Assembly (NCBI GenBank): GCA_964188305.1
Contig: OZ076885.1
DNA length: 64,000 nt
Source: Podarcis bocagei
Taxonomy: Eukaryota
Direction: 5' to 3' (one strand)
Shown: in pieces, positions 23,901 to 35,608 of the stretch
How positions within the stretch are numbered: the stretch's first letter is position 1
How the letters are laid out: each line of letters begins with the position of its first letter
Made by a program: the position numbers and the translations under genes
The notes under the pieces: model-generated
Databases searched by the model: none
What the model saw: the letters and a program-made list of their open reading frames with translations, nothing else
What the model was told of the DNA's origin: nothing

Positions 23901-23954
23901 AGCCTAAAACTACACCAAAGGAGGAAGCTGGTAAAGCTAAACTTCCTATTAAAG
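23901..23954 (+). CDS. TTN: TTN PEVK exon (about 224)
   Basis: 54 nt; EPKTTPKEEAGKAKLPIK. Confidence 0.88.
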
Positions 23955-24219
23955 GTAAGAGAGATTATGAAATGGAAAACTGCCCCCCCCAGCCTCTTTA
24001 AATATATAGTAACTGTGATCAACAGTCCCAGTATTTATGCTATACCAAATAACTGACTATCTAGAGTAAACCTGTGAGTCATTTGATAAATGAATGGCAA
24101 AGACACTCACACACCCTTTGTAGTCAACATTTTTACAATGAGTAGTGTCTCTTCTTTCAGAGAACCTAGGCGGTAGTAAGCTAAATTTTACTCAAAGTAG
24201 AGACCTATTGAAATTAATA

Positions 24220-24460
24220 CAGTCAAACCTCGGTTGTCGAACGTAATCCATTCCAGAAGACCATTCGACTTGCGAAACGTTCGGCAACTGAAAACTGAAA
24301 TCGGAAGCCTAAATACAATACGAAAACTCAAAACGGAAGCCGCATACCATGTTCAGATTCCGAAAATCGTTCGAAAACCAGAACAGTTACTTCCGGGTTT
24401 TCGGCGTTCGGGAGCCAAGACATTCCAAAATGGAGGCGTTCAGGAACCGAGGTTTGACTG
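24220..24460. mobile_element. Tc1/mariner (Tigger-like) MITE
   Basis: 16-bp TIR cagtcaaacctcggtt / aaccgaggtttgactg; TA TSD. Confidence 0.9.
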
Positions 24461-25061
24461 TAGACCTAACTTAGTCATGTGCATTAATTTTACTGGATCT
24501 ATGCAGAGAAAAAGGTAGCTAAACGCCACCCCATGTTTTCATGTAACCATTTTCCCAAAGTGCAAATGGTACTTAAAACAAGAGATTGGCTTTAGCATGC
24601 CTAAATTAACAGGATCACATAAAAATCTAGAATAATTGTATCTGTTTTTTATGTAATATTCCTGGACTTCAATAAGTAGACAATAAGAGTGGGGGTGGGG
24701 TGGACGAATATTGCAATCAAATTAAAGAAAGGAAGTATGAAGTGTTTTGCTCTTTGGGCAGAACAATACTTTGTCTGTAGGAACCACAAAGGACCAAGAT
24801 CGGCTTCTACATGCCACAGCCATGCCTTGCATTTTGTGTCTTGGTCATGCTAGAATGGGATTGGAATGTCAAAAGGACAGAACTGACTGGCTTGTATATA
24901 GAATAGATTTAAATGTTCTAGGGATAAACAAATTGCCACTTGAACAGAAATAACTGCATGCTTTTCCTGCTGTGTTTAAGACTTGTCATCTTTCATCACA
25001 CCTCTGCTGACTTTAACTGTGAGATTCATACAAATATCCCTTTTAAATATATTACTTGTAG

Positions 25062-25457
25062 CCAAAAAGACACCTTCGCCAGCAGATGCCGAGAGGAGGA
25101 AATTAAGACCAGGAAGTGGTGGCGAGAAACCTCCAGATGAGCCTCCTTTCACATACCAGCTGAAAGCTGTGCCCCTCAAGTTTGTTACAGAAATTAAAGA
25201 CATAGTGCTGACAGAAGCAGAGTCGGTAGGCTCTTCCGCCATCTTTGAGTGCCTCATCTCTCCCTCCACTGCCATTACCTCTTGGATGAAAGATGGCAGC
25301 AACATCCGCGAGAGTCCTAAGCACAGGTTCCTCTCTGATGGGAAAGACAGAAAGCTCCACATTATTGATGTCCAGCTTTCAGACGCTGGGGAATACACTT
25401 GTGTACTGAAACTGGGAAATAAAGAAAAGACCTCTACAGCGAAACTAATTGTTGAAG
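25062..25457 (+). CDS. TTN: TTN exon about 225: PEVK end plus Ig I84
   Basis: AKKTPSPADAERRKLRPGSGGEKPPDEPPFTYQLKAVPLKFVTEIKD..STAKLIVE. Confidence 0.96.
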
Positions 25458-26137
25458 GTATTTTACGGCATCTCCAGTTGGGCTTGAGTTGCTTATATAG
25501 ATGTTATTTATGCCCCAAAGTTACATTTTATTTGCATTAGATGTAATTAGATGTAATTAATGCCATCCATAGCACAATATTTTGCAAAACACAATGGAAC
25601 AGGTCCCTGATCCCAAGTGTGTTACAATCAATATTTTAACACAGGGGAGACAACAGAAGTAGCTAAGGAGTGTGTGTTTACTTCATTACACGACCTTAGT
25701 TTTAGTGATAGCAAGGCACGGGGTCTTCCTACATAAATTAAATTATATATACTTGCCCCTAATTTGACAATTTATTCTGGGCATAGGTACTCTGATGCGT
25801 GCACAGAATTTCCTGGCTGAGAAGAATATTGCTTTCTGTATGCATGTCACACCACTATAATGAATAGGCTCCACCTCAGATCCAAGAGACAAGCATGTCT
25901 ATATGAGCACATGTGGATCTCTGAAGTTAGAGTCATCATTCTAATGTGACTGCTTAAATTTCTATACTGTAGTTTATGGCAATGGTTCCCATTTAGCTAA
26001 GTCCTGTGGACTTCCTGTACTTCAAAAACCAAGCCACAAACCCCCTGCTTTTGGGGGGGGGGAGGGAATCTCTCTATGGTAGTTTTTGTTACGTGAATGG
26101 TGCCATGGACGCCCCTGTGCAGGTTACGCCAAGTGTA

Positions 26138-26266
26138 GATTGCTCAGAGCATGAGAGCATGAGACTCTTAATCTCAGGGTTGTGGGTTTGAGTCCTTGCA
26201 TAGCACGGAGTTGGATTAGAAGATCTTTGTGGTCCCTTCCAATGCTATAATTCTATGATTCTGTGA
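26138..26266 (+). mobile_element. tRNA-derived SINE with CR1-type tail (Squam2/POM-like), degenerate
   Basis: gagcatgagactcttaatctcagggttgtgggtttgagtcc (tRNA-Lys-like) plus ggtcccttccaa..attctatgattc tail. Confidence 0.7.
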
Positions 26267-26356
26267 CCCCCCTTGGAGTCCGTGGACAACCAATTGGGAA
26301 CCACTGGTTTGTGGGAGTGGGGAAAAGATGCAAATAACACTTCTCCTGTTCCCTAG

Positions 26357-26632
26357 AATTACCAGTGCGCTTCGTGAAGACTCTGGAGGAAGAGCTTACT
26401 GTCATCAAAGGGCAACCCTTTTATCTAAGTTGTGAGCTGAACAAAGAGAGAGATGTGGTCTGGAGAAAAGATGGGAAAATCATTAAAGACAAATCTGGAA
26501 AATTTGCTCTGGGTATTATTGGTTTGCAGCGCGCCGTTACGATCATGGATGCCGATGACACTGATGGAGGTGTATACACTGTGACTGTGGATAATACTGA
26601 CCTCATCTGTCAGTCAACTGTGAAAGTGGTTG
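26357..26632 (+). CDS. TTN: TTN Ig I85
   Basis: ELPVRFVKTLEEE..STVKVV; AG/GT. Confidence 0.95.
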
Positions 26633-27143
26633 GTAAGTTAAATTTCAAAACTGTGTAGTGTGTGCTTGGGATAAAATTGGGATATGAAGAAATTCTATTG
26701 AGTAATATTAAGCCTTGTGCATTATTTTTGCTCTTATATGCTAGTCCTTTTACTTTACTCTATCTTCACTGACCTATTTAAGAAGATTGGTTTTCACTTA
26801 AGTTGATTGTGTAATTAGTACTGAAATCATCTGAAGGTCTTTAGTGAAGAGCTGGTTTGACTAGAACTGGAACTCAGTATTTAATTCCAGTTAGAAAATG
26901 ATTCAGTCACAATATCTCACATTGCTGTACTCCCAAAAGCTTCAGATGGAAATATATCAACCTGTGCAAAGTTTATAAAATTGCCTCTGTAGAAGTGCTA
27001 ACAACTATACCAATTCAGTTCACAAGACTGAAGATCTGTGGTCATCCATGACTCACTTTGGGTAATCTTATTTGAGGGCGGGGGGAGGAATATTTAGCAA
27101 TAACATCAGATTCCAGCAGTTCTGAGCAAAATGAGGCCATCAA

Positions 27144-27274
27144 NNNNNNNNNNNNNNNNNNNNNNNNNNNNNNNNNNNNNNNNNNNNNNNNNNNNNNNNN
27201 NNNNNNNNNNNNNNNNNNNNNNNNNNNNNNNNNNNNNNNNNNNNNNNNNNNNNNNNNNNNNNNNNNNNNNNNNN
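27144..27274. other. Assembly gap (131 N)
   Basis: Run of n. Confidence 1.
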
Positions 27275-27536
27275 ATATATTCAAAGCAGAAACACCCCAA
27301 CACTTTTGTTGTATATTTTTAATTAATAACATATGTGGCAATGCCCAGACATTTTATTCTGTGTTATCCAGGTTTTCATGGCACTTTGGCTATGTGGTAG
27401 CCCTTTAATACAATTAGAAAGAAGAGATGGGCAACCTTTCTCTCTCTCTCATAGCGCAAAGGACCCTTGTCATTCATCTCTACATGTATTATGCTAATTC
27501 TAATGGTTATTAATTTTTTTGTCATTTGTTATACAG

Positions 27537-27812
27537 AAGTGATAAAAGACTGGCTAGTGAAGCCTATTAGAGACCAGCATGTGAAACCAAAGGGTACTGC
27601 TACCTTTGCTTGTGATGTCGTGAAGGACACACCAAATATTAAATGGTACAAAGGTGATGAGGAGATTCCTCTTGAACCCAATGACAAAACAGAAATTGTA
27701 AAAGATGGACCTCATCTCTTCCTCAAAATTAAGAACTGCATGCCGGAAGATCTCGGAGAATATGCCGTGGAAGTTGAAGGGAAGAGATACCCAGCTAAAC
27801 TGACCCTGGGTG
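27537..27812 (+). CDS. TTN: TTN Ig I86
   Basis: EVIKDWLVKPIRDQHVKPK..PAKLTLG. Confidence 0.95.
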
Positions 27813-27941
27813 GTAAGTGTCTTTTGATCTTGATGCAATACATTTGCCGGGGAGTAAGAAAAAAGATGAAAGCCCGCAAGACTGTTGAAGTACTGTCTTG
27901 ATTGCATAGATGTTATTAATTTGTTCATTTCTAAATGCCAG

Positions 27942-28081
27942 AACGTGAAGTTGATCTGCTTAAGCCCATTGAAGATGTCACTATTTATGAAAAAGAAACA
28001 GCCAACTTTGACTGTGAGATTTCTGAAGACGATGTCCCCGGTGAATGGAAACTGAAAGGAGAAACACTCAGGCCCTCACCT
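27942..28081 (+). CDS. TTN: TTN Ig I87, 5' half
   Basis: EREVDLLKPIEDVTIYEKE..TLRPSP; 140 nt. Confidence 0.94.
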
Positions 28082-28423
28082 GTAAGAATCTATATTTAAG
28101 ACCTCGTGAATTTGAATGTAGTATTATTATGTTGGTCAATTGTGGCCCTGCAGAATACCTTAAAGAAGGATTTAGAACCGTTTGGGCTTATAGTTAACGT
28201 TAGTGTGGTTTTCAAAGAGGCACATTTTAATTATGAAGCTTAAAATCTCAAGAGCAGGGTATCTCCACGCAACATAAACAACTGATCCTAGCTCACTGTA
28301 TAGCTCACCATCAGAATTTTACTTGCGACCCTAAGAAGACATTTGTTACCACATATGCAAGGAATTTTAGGGCGATTATTATTGAGTACTATGGACAGCC
28401 CCAAGTTTTGTTTAGCTCAGAGG

Positions 28424-28668
28424 CACTTGTGGAGGAAGAGGAGTGGGGGGGGAGGGCACTGCCCCCGGCAGCGCGATCCTGGTGGGGTGCCATTGTGGCT
28501 GCCCCCCCGCCCGTGCTGGGTGCCACACCCCCAGGACACGCGCCACACCGCTGCAGGCAGCGTGCCCCGCCCCCAGGATGTGTGCCCCGCCCCCAGGACG
28601 CATGCCAGCCCTGCCCCCGCCTGCTCTCCGCCCCCCACCCGGTGCCGGAGCATGAAGCTCCGCCACTG
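28424..28668. mobile_element. GC/CpG-rich hAT-type MITE with internal ~22-bp repeats
   Basis: Perfect 8-bp TSD CTCAGAGG (28416-28423, 28669-28676); terminus gctccgccactg; repeats tgccccgcccccagga. Confidence 0.82.
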
Positions 28669-28844
28669 CTCAGAGGAGGATGGAAGACCATGGAAATATC
28701 TTGGCCCTGGATCACTTCAATTACATAGAGGACTTCGCCATCACATTTTGAGGACTTTACGAGCTATTGCTTTAAAATCAACAAAACATGCTTTGATTAG
28801 AATTTTCTTTTGTTACCGTGAACTTTTTCATCTTTTCCCTCCAG

Positions 28845-28971
28845 ACTTGTGAGATCAGAGCCGAAGGAGGAAAACGCTTCTTAACCTTACACAAAGTCAA
28901 ACTAGACCAGGCTGGAGAGGTTCTCTACCAGGCATTGAATGCAGTGACTTCAGCTATTTTGACAGTGAAAG
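28845..28971 (+). CDS. TTN: TTN Ig I87, 3' half
   Basis: TCEIRAEGGKRFLTLHKVKLDQAGEV..LTVK; 127 nt. Confidence 0.94.
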
Positions 28972-29067
28972 GTAAAGTGTTTCACTAAAAATGTGTCTCC
29001 AATTAGCCTGCCGTTTCTGCCATTGTAGTATCTGGGGGGAAATATTCAATATTCTCTTTATTTGCAG

Positions 29068-29331
29068 AAATCGAGCTGGACTTTGCTGTGCCTTTGAAAG
29101 ATGTGACTGTACCAGAGAAACGGCAGGCGAGGTTTGAATGTGTGCTCACCAGGGAAGCCAATGTGATATGGACTAAAGGCACTGACATAATCAAAGTTGG
29201 AGATAAATTTGACATAATTGCAGATGGAACAAAACACATTCTGGTCATCAATGATTCTCAGTTTGATGATGAAGGAGAGTACACTGCTGTAGTCGAAGGG
29301 AAGGAAAGCACTGCAAAATTGTTTGTGGAAG
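29068..29331 (+). CDS. TTN: TTN Ig I88 (GC donor)
   Basis: EIELDFAVPLKD..AKLFVE; donor gaag|gcaagt. Confidence 0.93.
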
Positions 29332-29431
29332 GCAAGTTCATTACTGTCAAGAATTACACTGTAAAAGTCACAACAGGAATCAGTCACTGGTTATGACCGG
29401 ATGGCATTAATTGTCTTTCCCTCTATTTCAG

Positions 29432-29698
29432 GTGTCCGGCTGAAATTTATCTCCCCACTCAAAGATCAGACAGTGAAGGAAGGAGAAACAGCCCACTTTG
29501 ATTTTGAGCTTTCTCATGAAGATATGCCAGTAACCTGGTACAAAAATGATAAGAAAATCCACAATAGCAGAACGGTTCTCATTTCTGTAGAAGGGAAGAA
29601 ACACAAATTAGAAATTAGAGAAGTGACACTTGATGACATCTCCGAAATCAAGGCTGAAGTGAAGACACTGCACACTAAGGCAAACCTGAAGGTTTTAG
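29432..29698 (+). CDS. TTN: TTN Ig I89
   Basis: GVRLKFISPLKD..ANLKVL. Confidence 0.95.
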
Positions 29699-29873
29699 GT
29701 AATTTATGTTGTCACATTTTGTTACTGGTTGGATCTGTATCTATTATATGTATGTATAAAATACATATCTTTATGTATTTTAGTATTTATGTTTTTCATG
29801 TACTAATTCACTCTGATTACTAACCTCTTCAAAAAAATACAACAACACTTCTTACCTGACCCATATCTTGTAG

Positions 29874-30137
29874 AGGCCGACCCATATTTCGTTGTGAAAT
29901 TGCAAGATTATACCGCTGTTGAGAAAGATGATATCATTCTGGAGTGTGAACTTAGCAAAGATGTGCCAGTGAAATGGTATAAAGATGGTGAGGAGCTTGT
30001 AGCTTCCAAGAGAATCTCCATCAAGACTGATGGCAAGCGCCGCATATTAAAAATTAAAAAAGCAACCGATGCTGATAAGGGAAATTATGAATGTAACTGT
30101 GGAACTGACAAGACAAATTCTGAAGTTAAGATTGAGG
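29874..30137 (+). CDS. TTN: TTN Ig I90
   Basis: EADPYFVVKLQD..SEVKIE. Confidence 0.95.
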
Positions 30138-30234
30138 GTAAGTGATTGTCCTCCTTCAGTAGAACCTCTTCGAAACATTGTACACCTTACTGGTCAAGGC
30201 AGGAAATCTGAGATATATACATATTTGCTTTCAG

Positions 30235-30374
30235 CCCGTATGATAAAAATAGAGCGTCCTCTTTATGGAGTGGAAGTATTTGTTGGCGAAACAGCACGAT
30301 TTGAGGTCGAAATCTCTGAGCCTGATGTTCATGCCATTTGGAAGTTAAAGGGAGAAACTTTAACAGCTTCACCT
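30235..30374 (+). CDS. TTN: TTN Ig I91 (I27), 5' half
   Basis: ARMIKIERPLYGVEVFVGETARFEVEISEPDVHAIWKLKGETLTASP. Confidence 0.96.
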
Positions 30375-30532
30375 GTAAGTCTGTTTCAAAAAAAAACCAA
30401 GCAAACCACAGCACAAGTGTTGTTTTTTTAAGAGACACACACAAAAACAATTCTTAGAAAGTTTTAGAGAACACATGAGTGATTAGGACAAATCTGTTAT
30501 TTTTTTCCCCACCCTCATAAAAAAAAAATCAG

Positions 30533-30659
30533 GATTGTGAAATGATTGAAGATGGCAAGAAACATGTCTTGATTCTTTACAACTGCAAACTGGATATGAC
30601 AGGAGAAGTGTCCTTCCAAGCTGCAAATGCGAAAAGCGCTGCAAATCTGAAAGTGAAAG
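30533..30659 (+). CDS. TTN: TTN Ig I91 (I27), 3' half
   Basis: DCEMIEDGKKHVLILYNCKLDMTGEVSFQAANAKSAANLKVK. Confidence 0.96.
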
Positions 30660-30805
30660 GTAGGCTTCAGAAGGCATCAACTCCCAACCCATCATGCAGG
30701 GTTTTCTTAATGCCCAGCAATATCAATAAATCCATTGCTGGAGCAGTTTATAAAAAAACAAACAAACACGTGTCTAACACTCTTAATAACCCGGTTTGAT
30801 TTCAG

Positions 30806-31072
30806 AGCTGCCTCTCATCTTCATAACTCCTCTCAGTGACATTAAAGTCTTTGAGAAGGATCCTGCGAAGTTTGAATGTGAGGTATCAAGGGAACCGAAG
30901 ACGTTCCGTTGGTTGAAAGGAACCCAAGAGCTTGAAGGGGATGAGAAATTTGAAATTATAACAGAAGGCACAAAGCACGCACTTGCCATTAAGAGTGTGG
31001 CTTTTGAGGATGAGGCTAAATATATGTTTGAGGCTGAAGACAAACGGACAAGTGCAAAGCTGATCATTGAAG
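30806..31072 (+). CDS. TTN: TTN Ig I92
   Basis: ELPLIFITPLSD..AKLIIE. Confidence 0.95.
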
Positions 31073-31175
31073 GTTTGTTTGTAGCTCTGGTTCTCCCGAC
31101 GGTGTGTTTGGCTTTCATATTTATGTCATTTGATTCGTCACAGTTTAACTTTAACGAGATGCTTTTGTGGTTTAG

Positions 31176-31442
31176 GCATTCGCCTTCAATTCATTACCCC
31201 TCTCAAGGATGTAACTGCAAAGGAGCGCGAGACTGCAGAATTTACTGTTGAGCTTTCCCATGACAATATCCCTGTTATCTGGTATAAGAATGACCAACGG
31301 CTCCATACCACCAAGGTTGTTTCAATGAAGGACGATGGCAAATTCCATACGCTCACATTCAAAGATCTCAATATTGATGACACCTCTCAGATAAAAGTGG
31401 AAGCTATGGGCAAATCGTGTGAAGCTAAACTTACTGTCCTTG
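31176..31442 (+). CDS. TTN: TTN Ig I93
   Basis: GIRLQFITPLKD..AKLTVL. Confidence 0.95.
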
Positions 31443-31859
31443 GTATGTGTGGTCTGAGTTTGATTTACATTATGGCTCTTCTTTGATAGAACATCAACTA
31501 GAAGCATAACCGTGTGCTTAGAAGCTTTATTCACATGGGCTTCCCCTTCCTCAGAGCAGTTCTTTAAATCTTATGGGGAGATCCCATTCCAGATTCTTAT
31601 GGTACAGCTAGATTTGCCTCCATATTGGGGCTTTCTTGGCAGCAGACCTCATACTTTTGAACATGCTTTCAAGAAGAGGTTTCATATGAGCTCCCCTTTT
31701 GGGGGCCATCTGTCCTCTTTCAGAAAGCTTCTGACAATTGACTGCCACTAGTTGATGTGTTCTATTATACTGCCATGCTACCCTATTAGCAATCCTTTTG
31801 TTATTTATTTGTCCTTTGGTTCATTGTTTCATTGTAGTTGTTGCTTTGAATTTGCACCC

Positions 31860-31975
31860 TTTTCCATTGGCTGCCTGTTTCTTTCCGGTAACACAATACA
31901 AAGTACTAGTCCTGACCTATAAAGGCCTAAGTGGTCTGGGACCAGCATATCTAAAAGAACATCCTTTTCACTTAC
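31860..31975 (+). mobile_element. L2 LINE ORF2 C-terminal remnant
   Basis: ccattggctgcctgtt..tacaaagtactagtcctgacctataaaggcctaagtggtctgggaccagcatatct (QYKVLVLTYKGLSGLGPAYL). Confidence 0.65.
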
Positions 31976-32002
31976 AAGTCTAATCATCAGTTAAGAATAT
32001 TT

Positions 32003-32184
32003 CGGTGGCAAAGCACATGCCTTGCACACAAAAACTCCCAGGTTAAATCCCTTCCTTCTCCAGGTAGTATTGGAAAAGACTCCTGTCTGAAACCCTGCAT
32101 AGCTACAACCAACCATTGTAGACAGTAGTACTTAGTTAGATTGAGCCAATGGTCTGACTGAGTGAAAGGCAGTTTCCTATGTTT
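32003..32184 (+). mobile_element. Old tRNA-derived SINE with CR1-like tail
   Basis: Degenerate B-box ggttaaatccc; tail ccaatggtctgact..ggcagtttcctatgtt. Confidence 0.55.
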
Positions 32185-32773
32185 TTATCTGTTGGGACCT
32201 TTTTCCAAACTCCCATGCTTGTTATTGTCATTCAGGCTTTACTTTGAAATGGTCCTATTTTCCTGTTTTTTTATTATCAGTAATAGCTTTCAGTGTCTTT
32301 ATATGGCTCTGCTGTAAGTTTTTGTGCTGCCATTTTATTTTTGTTTTAGTCTTGTTTTTTGGGAAACGTCATCCCTCCTACAAATTTTTGGATGTCATAT
32401 TGTCTAAGTTTGTTTTGAATTTGTTGTAAGCCGCCTTGTGGATCCAAATCTCTGGAAGGCGGGGTATAAATCTCTTTTAAATAACCAAAATAATGAAGAA
32501 ATAAGAAACCACTTTGTGGTGTACCACATAAACACGTTTCTTTCGGGTCCGTGTAAAGGAAACAAAATGAAAAGCAGAATCAGCTACTTTTACCTAATAA
32601 CAATAATTTGCTCTATTAAAGTTGCTTAAAAACTTGCTTTTAGAAAACTTTATCCTACATAGAAAATCTAAAAAAAGCACTCTTACCTGAAAGGAGAACT
32701 GTCTTGCATAAGTTGGTACACTTTTGAATGTATGAATAATCTTAGAATGTCACATATTCACCTTGACTTGCAG

Positions 32774-33040
32774 AGGGGGACCCTTATTTTACTGGGAAGC
32801 TTCAAGATTACACTGCTGTGGAGAAAGACGAAGTGATTTTGCAATGTGAAATTAGCAAAGCAAATGCTCCCGTAAAATGGTTTAAAGACGGACAAGAACT
32901 AACTCCGTCTAAGAATGTTATTATCAAGGCCGATGGCAAAAAGAGAATACTCATCCTCAAGAAAGCCTTGAAGAAAGATATTGGTCAATATACCTGTGAT
33001 TGCGGCACTGATCAGACTTCTGCTAAGCTGAACATTGAAG
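32774..33040 (+). CDS. TTN: TTN Ig I94 (GC donor)
   Basis: EGDPYFTGKLQD..AKLNIE; donor gaag|gcaagt. Confidence 0.93.
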
Positions 33041-33235
33041 GCAAGTTCACACTTACTGGTGTATTATTATATTCTATTTTAAACCGCCTTGAGGATCATT
33101 CATTTGAAAGACAAGATATAAATCTTCTTAATAAACACATAAATAAAATCTTCCTGATCCTTCTGTTGTAGAACCCTTCTCATCAACATTGTCATGAAAG
33201 CTAATAATATTGGTGTGGGTTTTTTTCCTTCACAG

Positions 33236-33375
33236 ATCGTGATATTAAGATTGTACGTCCCTTATACAGCGTGGAAATATTTGAGACAGAGACTGCACGT
33301 TTTGATACAGAAATCTCTGAGGAAGATATTCATGCTAACTGGAAACTTAAAGGGGAGCCCTTGACACAGACGCCT
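33236..33375 (+). CDS. TTN: TTN Ig I95, 5' half
   Basis: DRDIKIVRPLYSVEIFETE..LTQTP. Confidence 0.94.
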
Positions 33376-34169
33376 GTAAGCAATGCTTTTAAATATTTCC
33401 CCACTTCTAAATGAGACTTATATTGCCTAAAATATGCAGATGGAAGAACATAAACCTTTGGAAAATCTTTGGAAGATCTGAGAAAGTACTGTAGGGGTAC
33501 TGAGAAAATAATTTCTATATCAACACAATTTAAATGGCTTGAATTGTAAATCGTGCAGTTAAGCAAAATATATAGAATGTAGTCATCCATGTTTCATATT
33601 TACACAACAGAAAATATATAATTCAAGGGGAGCAGTTTTAACGTTAGAAATCTGAAGATTGCTTTTGTAATGAAAAGCAATTGTAAGTAATATGTAAATA
33701 ATATTTGATAAAAATATGTTGGTTGCAATTGTTAAAGCAATGTACCAGGTGCCTCTGGAAGTTAATAACTGCAATCAATTGGTTCATTGTAGCCATATAT
33801 GGGGAGGGTTATTAATGTTCCCATGTAAACAATTCAGAAAATCAATGTGCATGTTTAGCACATTAACATCTCATTGATCGGGACAATGTGTGGTTCAAGG
33901 CCTGAGGTAAAAGTTTTGAAAAAGTTCAGTAGGTCTTAGCCATTGGTTGTGGGAGCAGATAGATGGAAGGGTTGCGCACAGTGCCCTGACCAACTTTAAC
34001 TCTTTAGCAGCTGGCTGCAACACGGCCAATGCTGTTCAGGAGGGCCTCTGACCCTCCAAAGAGGCTTTTCATGAGGCTCACTGGGCTGCAGTGGGGAGGG
34101 GAAAGATTGGTTGCACAGGCACCCTTCCTCTCACACAGTCATTAGATACAGAACAATGGGGTCCAAGTA

Positions 34170-34411
34170 CAGTGGTACCTCGGGTTACACACACTTCAGG
34201 TTACATATGCTTCAGGTTACAGACTCTGCTAACCCAGAAATATTACCTCGGGTTAAGAACTTTGCTTCAGGATGAGAACAGAAATCGTGCAGCGGTGGCG
34301 CAGCGGCAGCGGGAGGCCCCATTAGCTAAAGTGGTGCTTCAGGTTAAGAACAGTTTCAGGTTAAGAACAGACTTCCAGAATGAATTAAGTTCATAACCCG
34401 AAGTACCACTG
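34170..34411. mobile_element. Tc1/mariner (Tigger-like) MITE
   Basis: TIR cagtggtacctcgggtta / taacccgaagtaccactg; TA TSD. Confidence 0.9.
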
Positions 34412-34648
34412 TATTGTCAATGTACGTGCCAGAAAATGTGTTGTTCTGGTATTTGTACTCTGAGGCAGGATGTTGAGAATCATGGTTGCAAAACAGCTGC
34501 AGCCAGTACTGTTTTGTCCCCAAAGGGGAATGAAAGGTTGCTACCATTCTGAATATCCAAATACCAGAAATATGGACCTGATAAAAGGAAGTGAAAGCTA
34601 TTAAAAACAAGCATTGTACAAACCTTTGCATTTGTTTGCTCTTGGAAG

Positions 34649-34775
34649 GACTGTGAAATTAAGGAGGAAGGCAAAAGGCACTGTCTTACCCTCTACAACG
34701 TGCGCTTGGACCAGGCCGGTAGCGTAGACTTCCAAGCAGCCAATGCCAAATCATCTGCCAATCTTCGAGTAAAAC
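34649..34775 (+). CDS. TTN: TTN Ig I95, 3' half (about exon 239)
   Basis: DCEIKEEGKRHCLTLYNVRLDQAG..NLRVK. Confidence 0.94.
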
Positions 34776-35199
34776 GTAAGTGTCTTGCAAGTGTATCTGT
34801 AAGATCACTTGTCTTTTACATCAGTAACTGAGCTAAACTGAAACAAGTTGAGAGTCAGAGTGGGGCATGTGATCTGTTGTTAATGGAACAGTAAATGAGA
34901 AGGAGAGACAGTCGGGTGAGCTGAGGTTAAGGAGTAGTTATTTGATATAGTTGTGTGCCTTATTCTTTCTTTATAAAAGCTTTTTATAAGTTAATTCTGA
35001 TACTTTTAATTTAGTTTGTTTGTTTTTAGATCGTGGGATAGGTATTATATAAAGATTTTCAATTAGTTAATAAGAACAGGTTGTTAGACCACTGGAATTG
35101 CCCCTCCTTATTCCAGGATGATTGGCAAGGTAGCATAATGAGTTGTTACGAAATCTAAAATATTACAAACGGACTCTCTGCTGTGCTTGGCATTTGGGG

Positions 35200-35608
35200 T
35201 ATAAGATCTGAGAGATAACACCATGCTGACATTTGTGGAAAGTGCCAGTAGCTTGATGGACAGGAACACCCTACACAGTTGGTGGCCACTTGTCTCTCTA
35301 TCCAATTGTAGACCTTGCTATTTTGGAAGGCGCATGCCTTATCTAGCAAGAGGCATGCAGGGCTTGGCAAAGGAGACAGATGCAACGTAGCTTTCTTGCT
35401 GATCTTTTCATTTAAAAGGAACAGGCTCCGCAAATAGGGAATCTCCAGTGACCAGCCTTCCCCCTGAAAACCCCAAGGGCCCAGATCTAGCCAGGGAATT
35501 TAAATAGCCTCTGTACATCATACTCCCTCTCTCTTGGGGAAAGGCACTATGGCCATTAGTAAAAGGTGCAGGTGGCTAATCTGAAGATGTTTTCTTCGTT
35601 CCGTCAAG
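35200..35608 (+). promoter_or_regulatory. Candidate internal (Cronos-type) TTN promoter and first-exon extension
   Basis: Intron counts as about 239; GATA 35213-35218 and 35339-35344; TATA-like TTTAAATA 35499-35506; Inr-like TCATACT 35518-35524; in-frame ATG 35587. Confidence 0.5.

Noticed and set aside
17008-27341. ORFs containing X runs
   Set aside because: Artefacts of translating through the N gaps.
28343-28852. Cluster of Pro/Gly/Arg-rich ORFs on both strands
   Set aside because: They arise from the GC-rich MITE, which lacks stop codons by composition.
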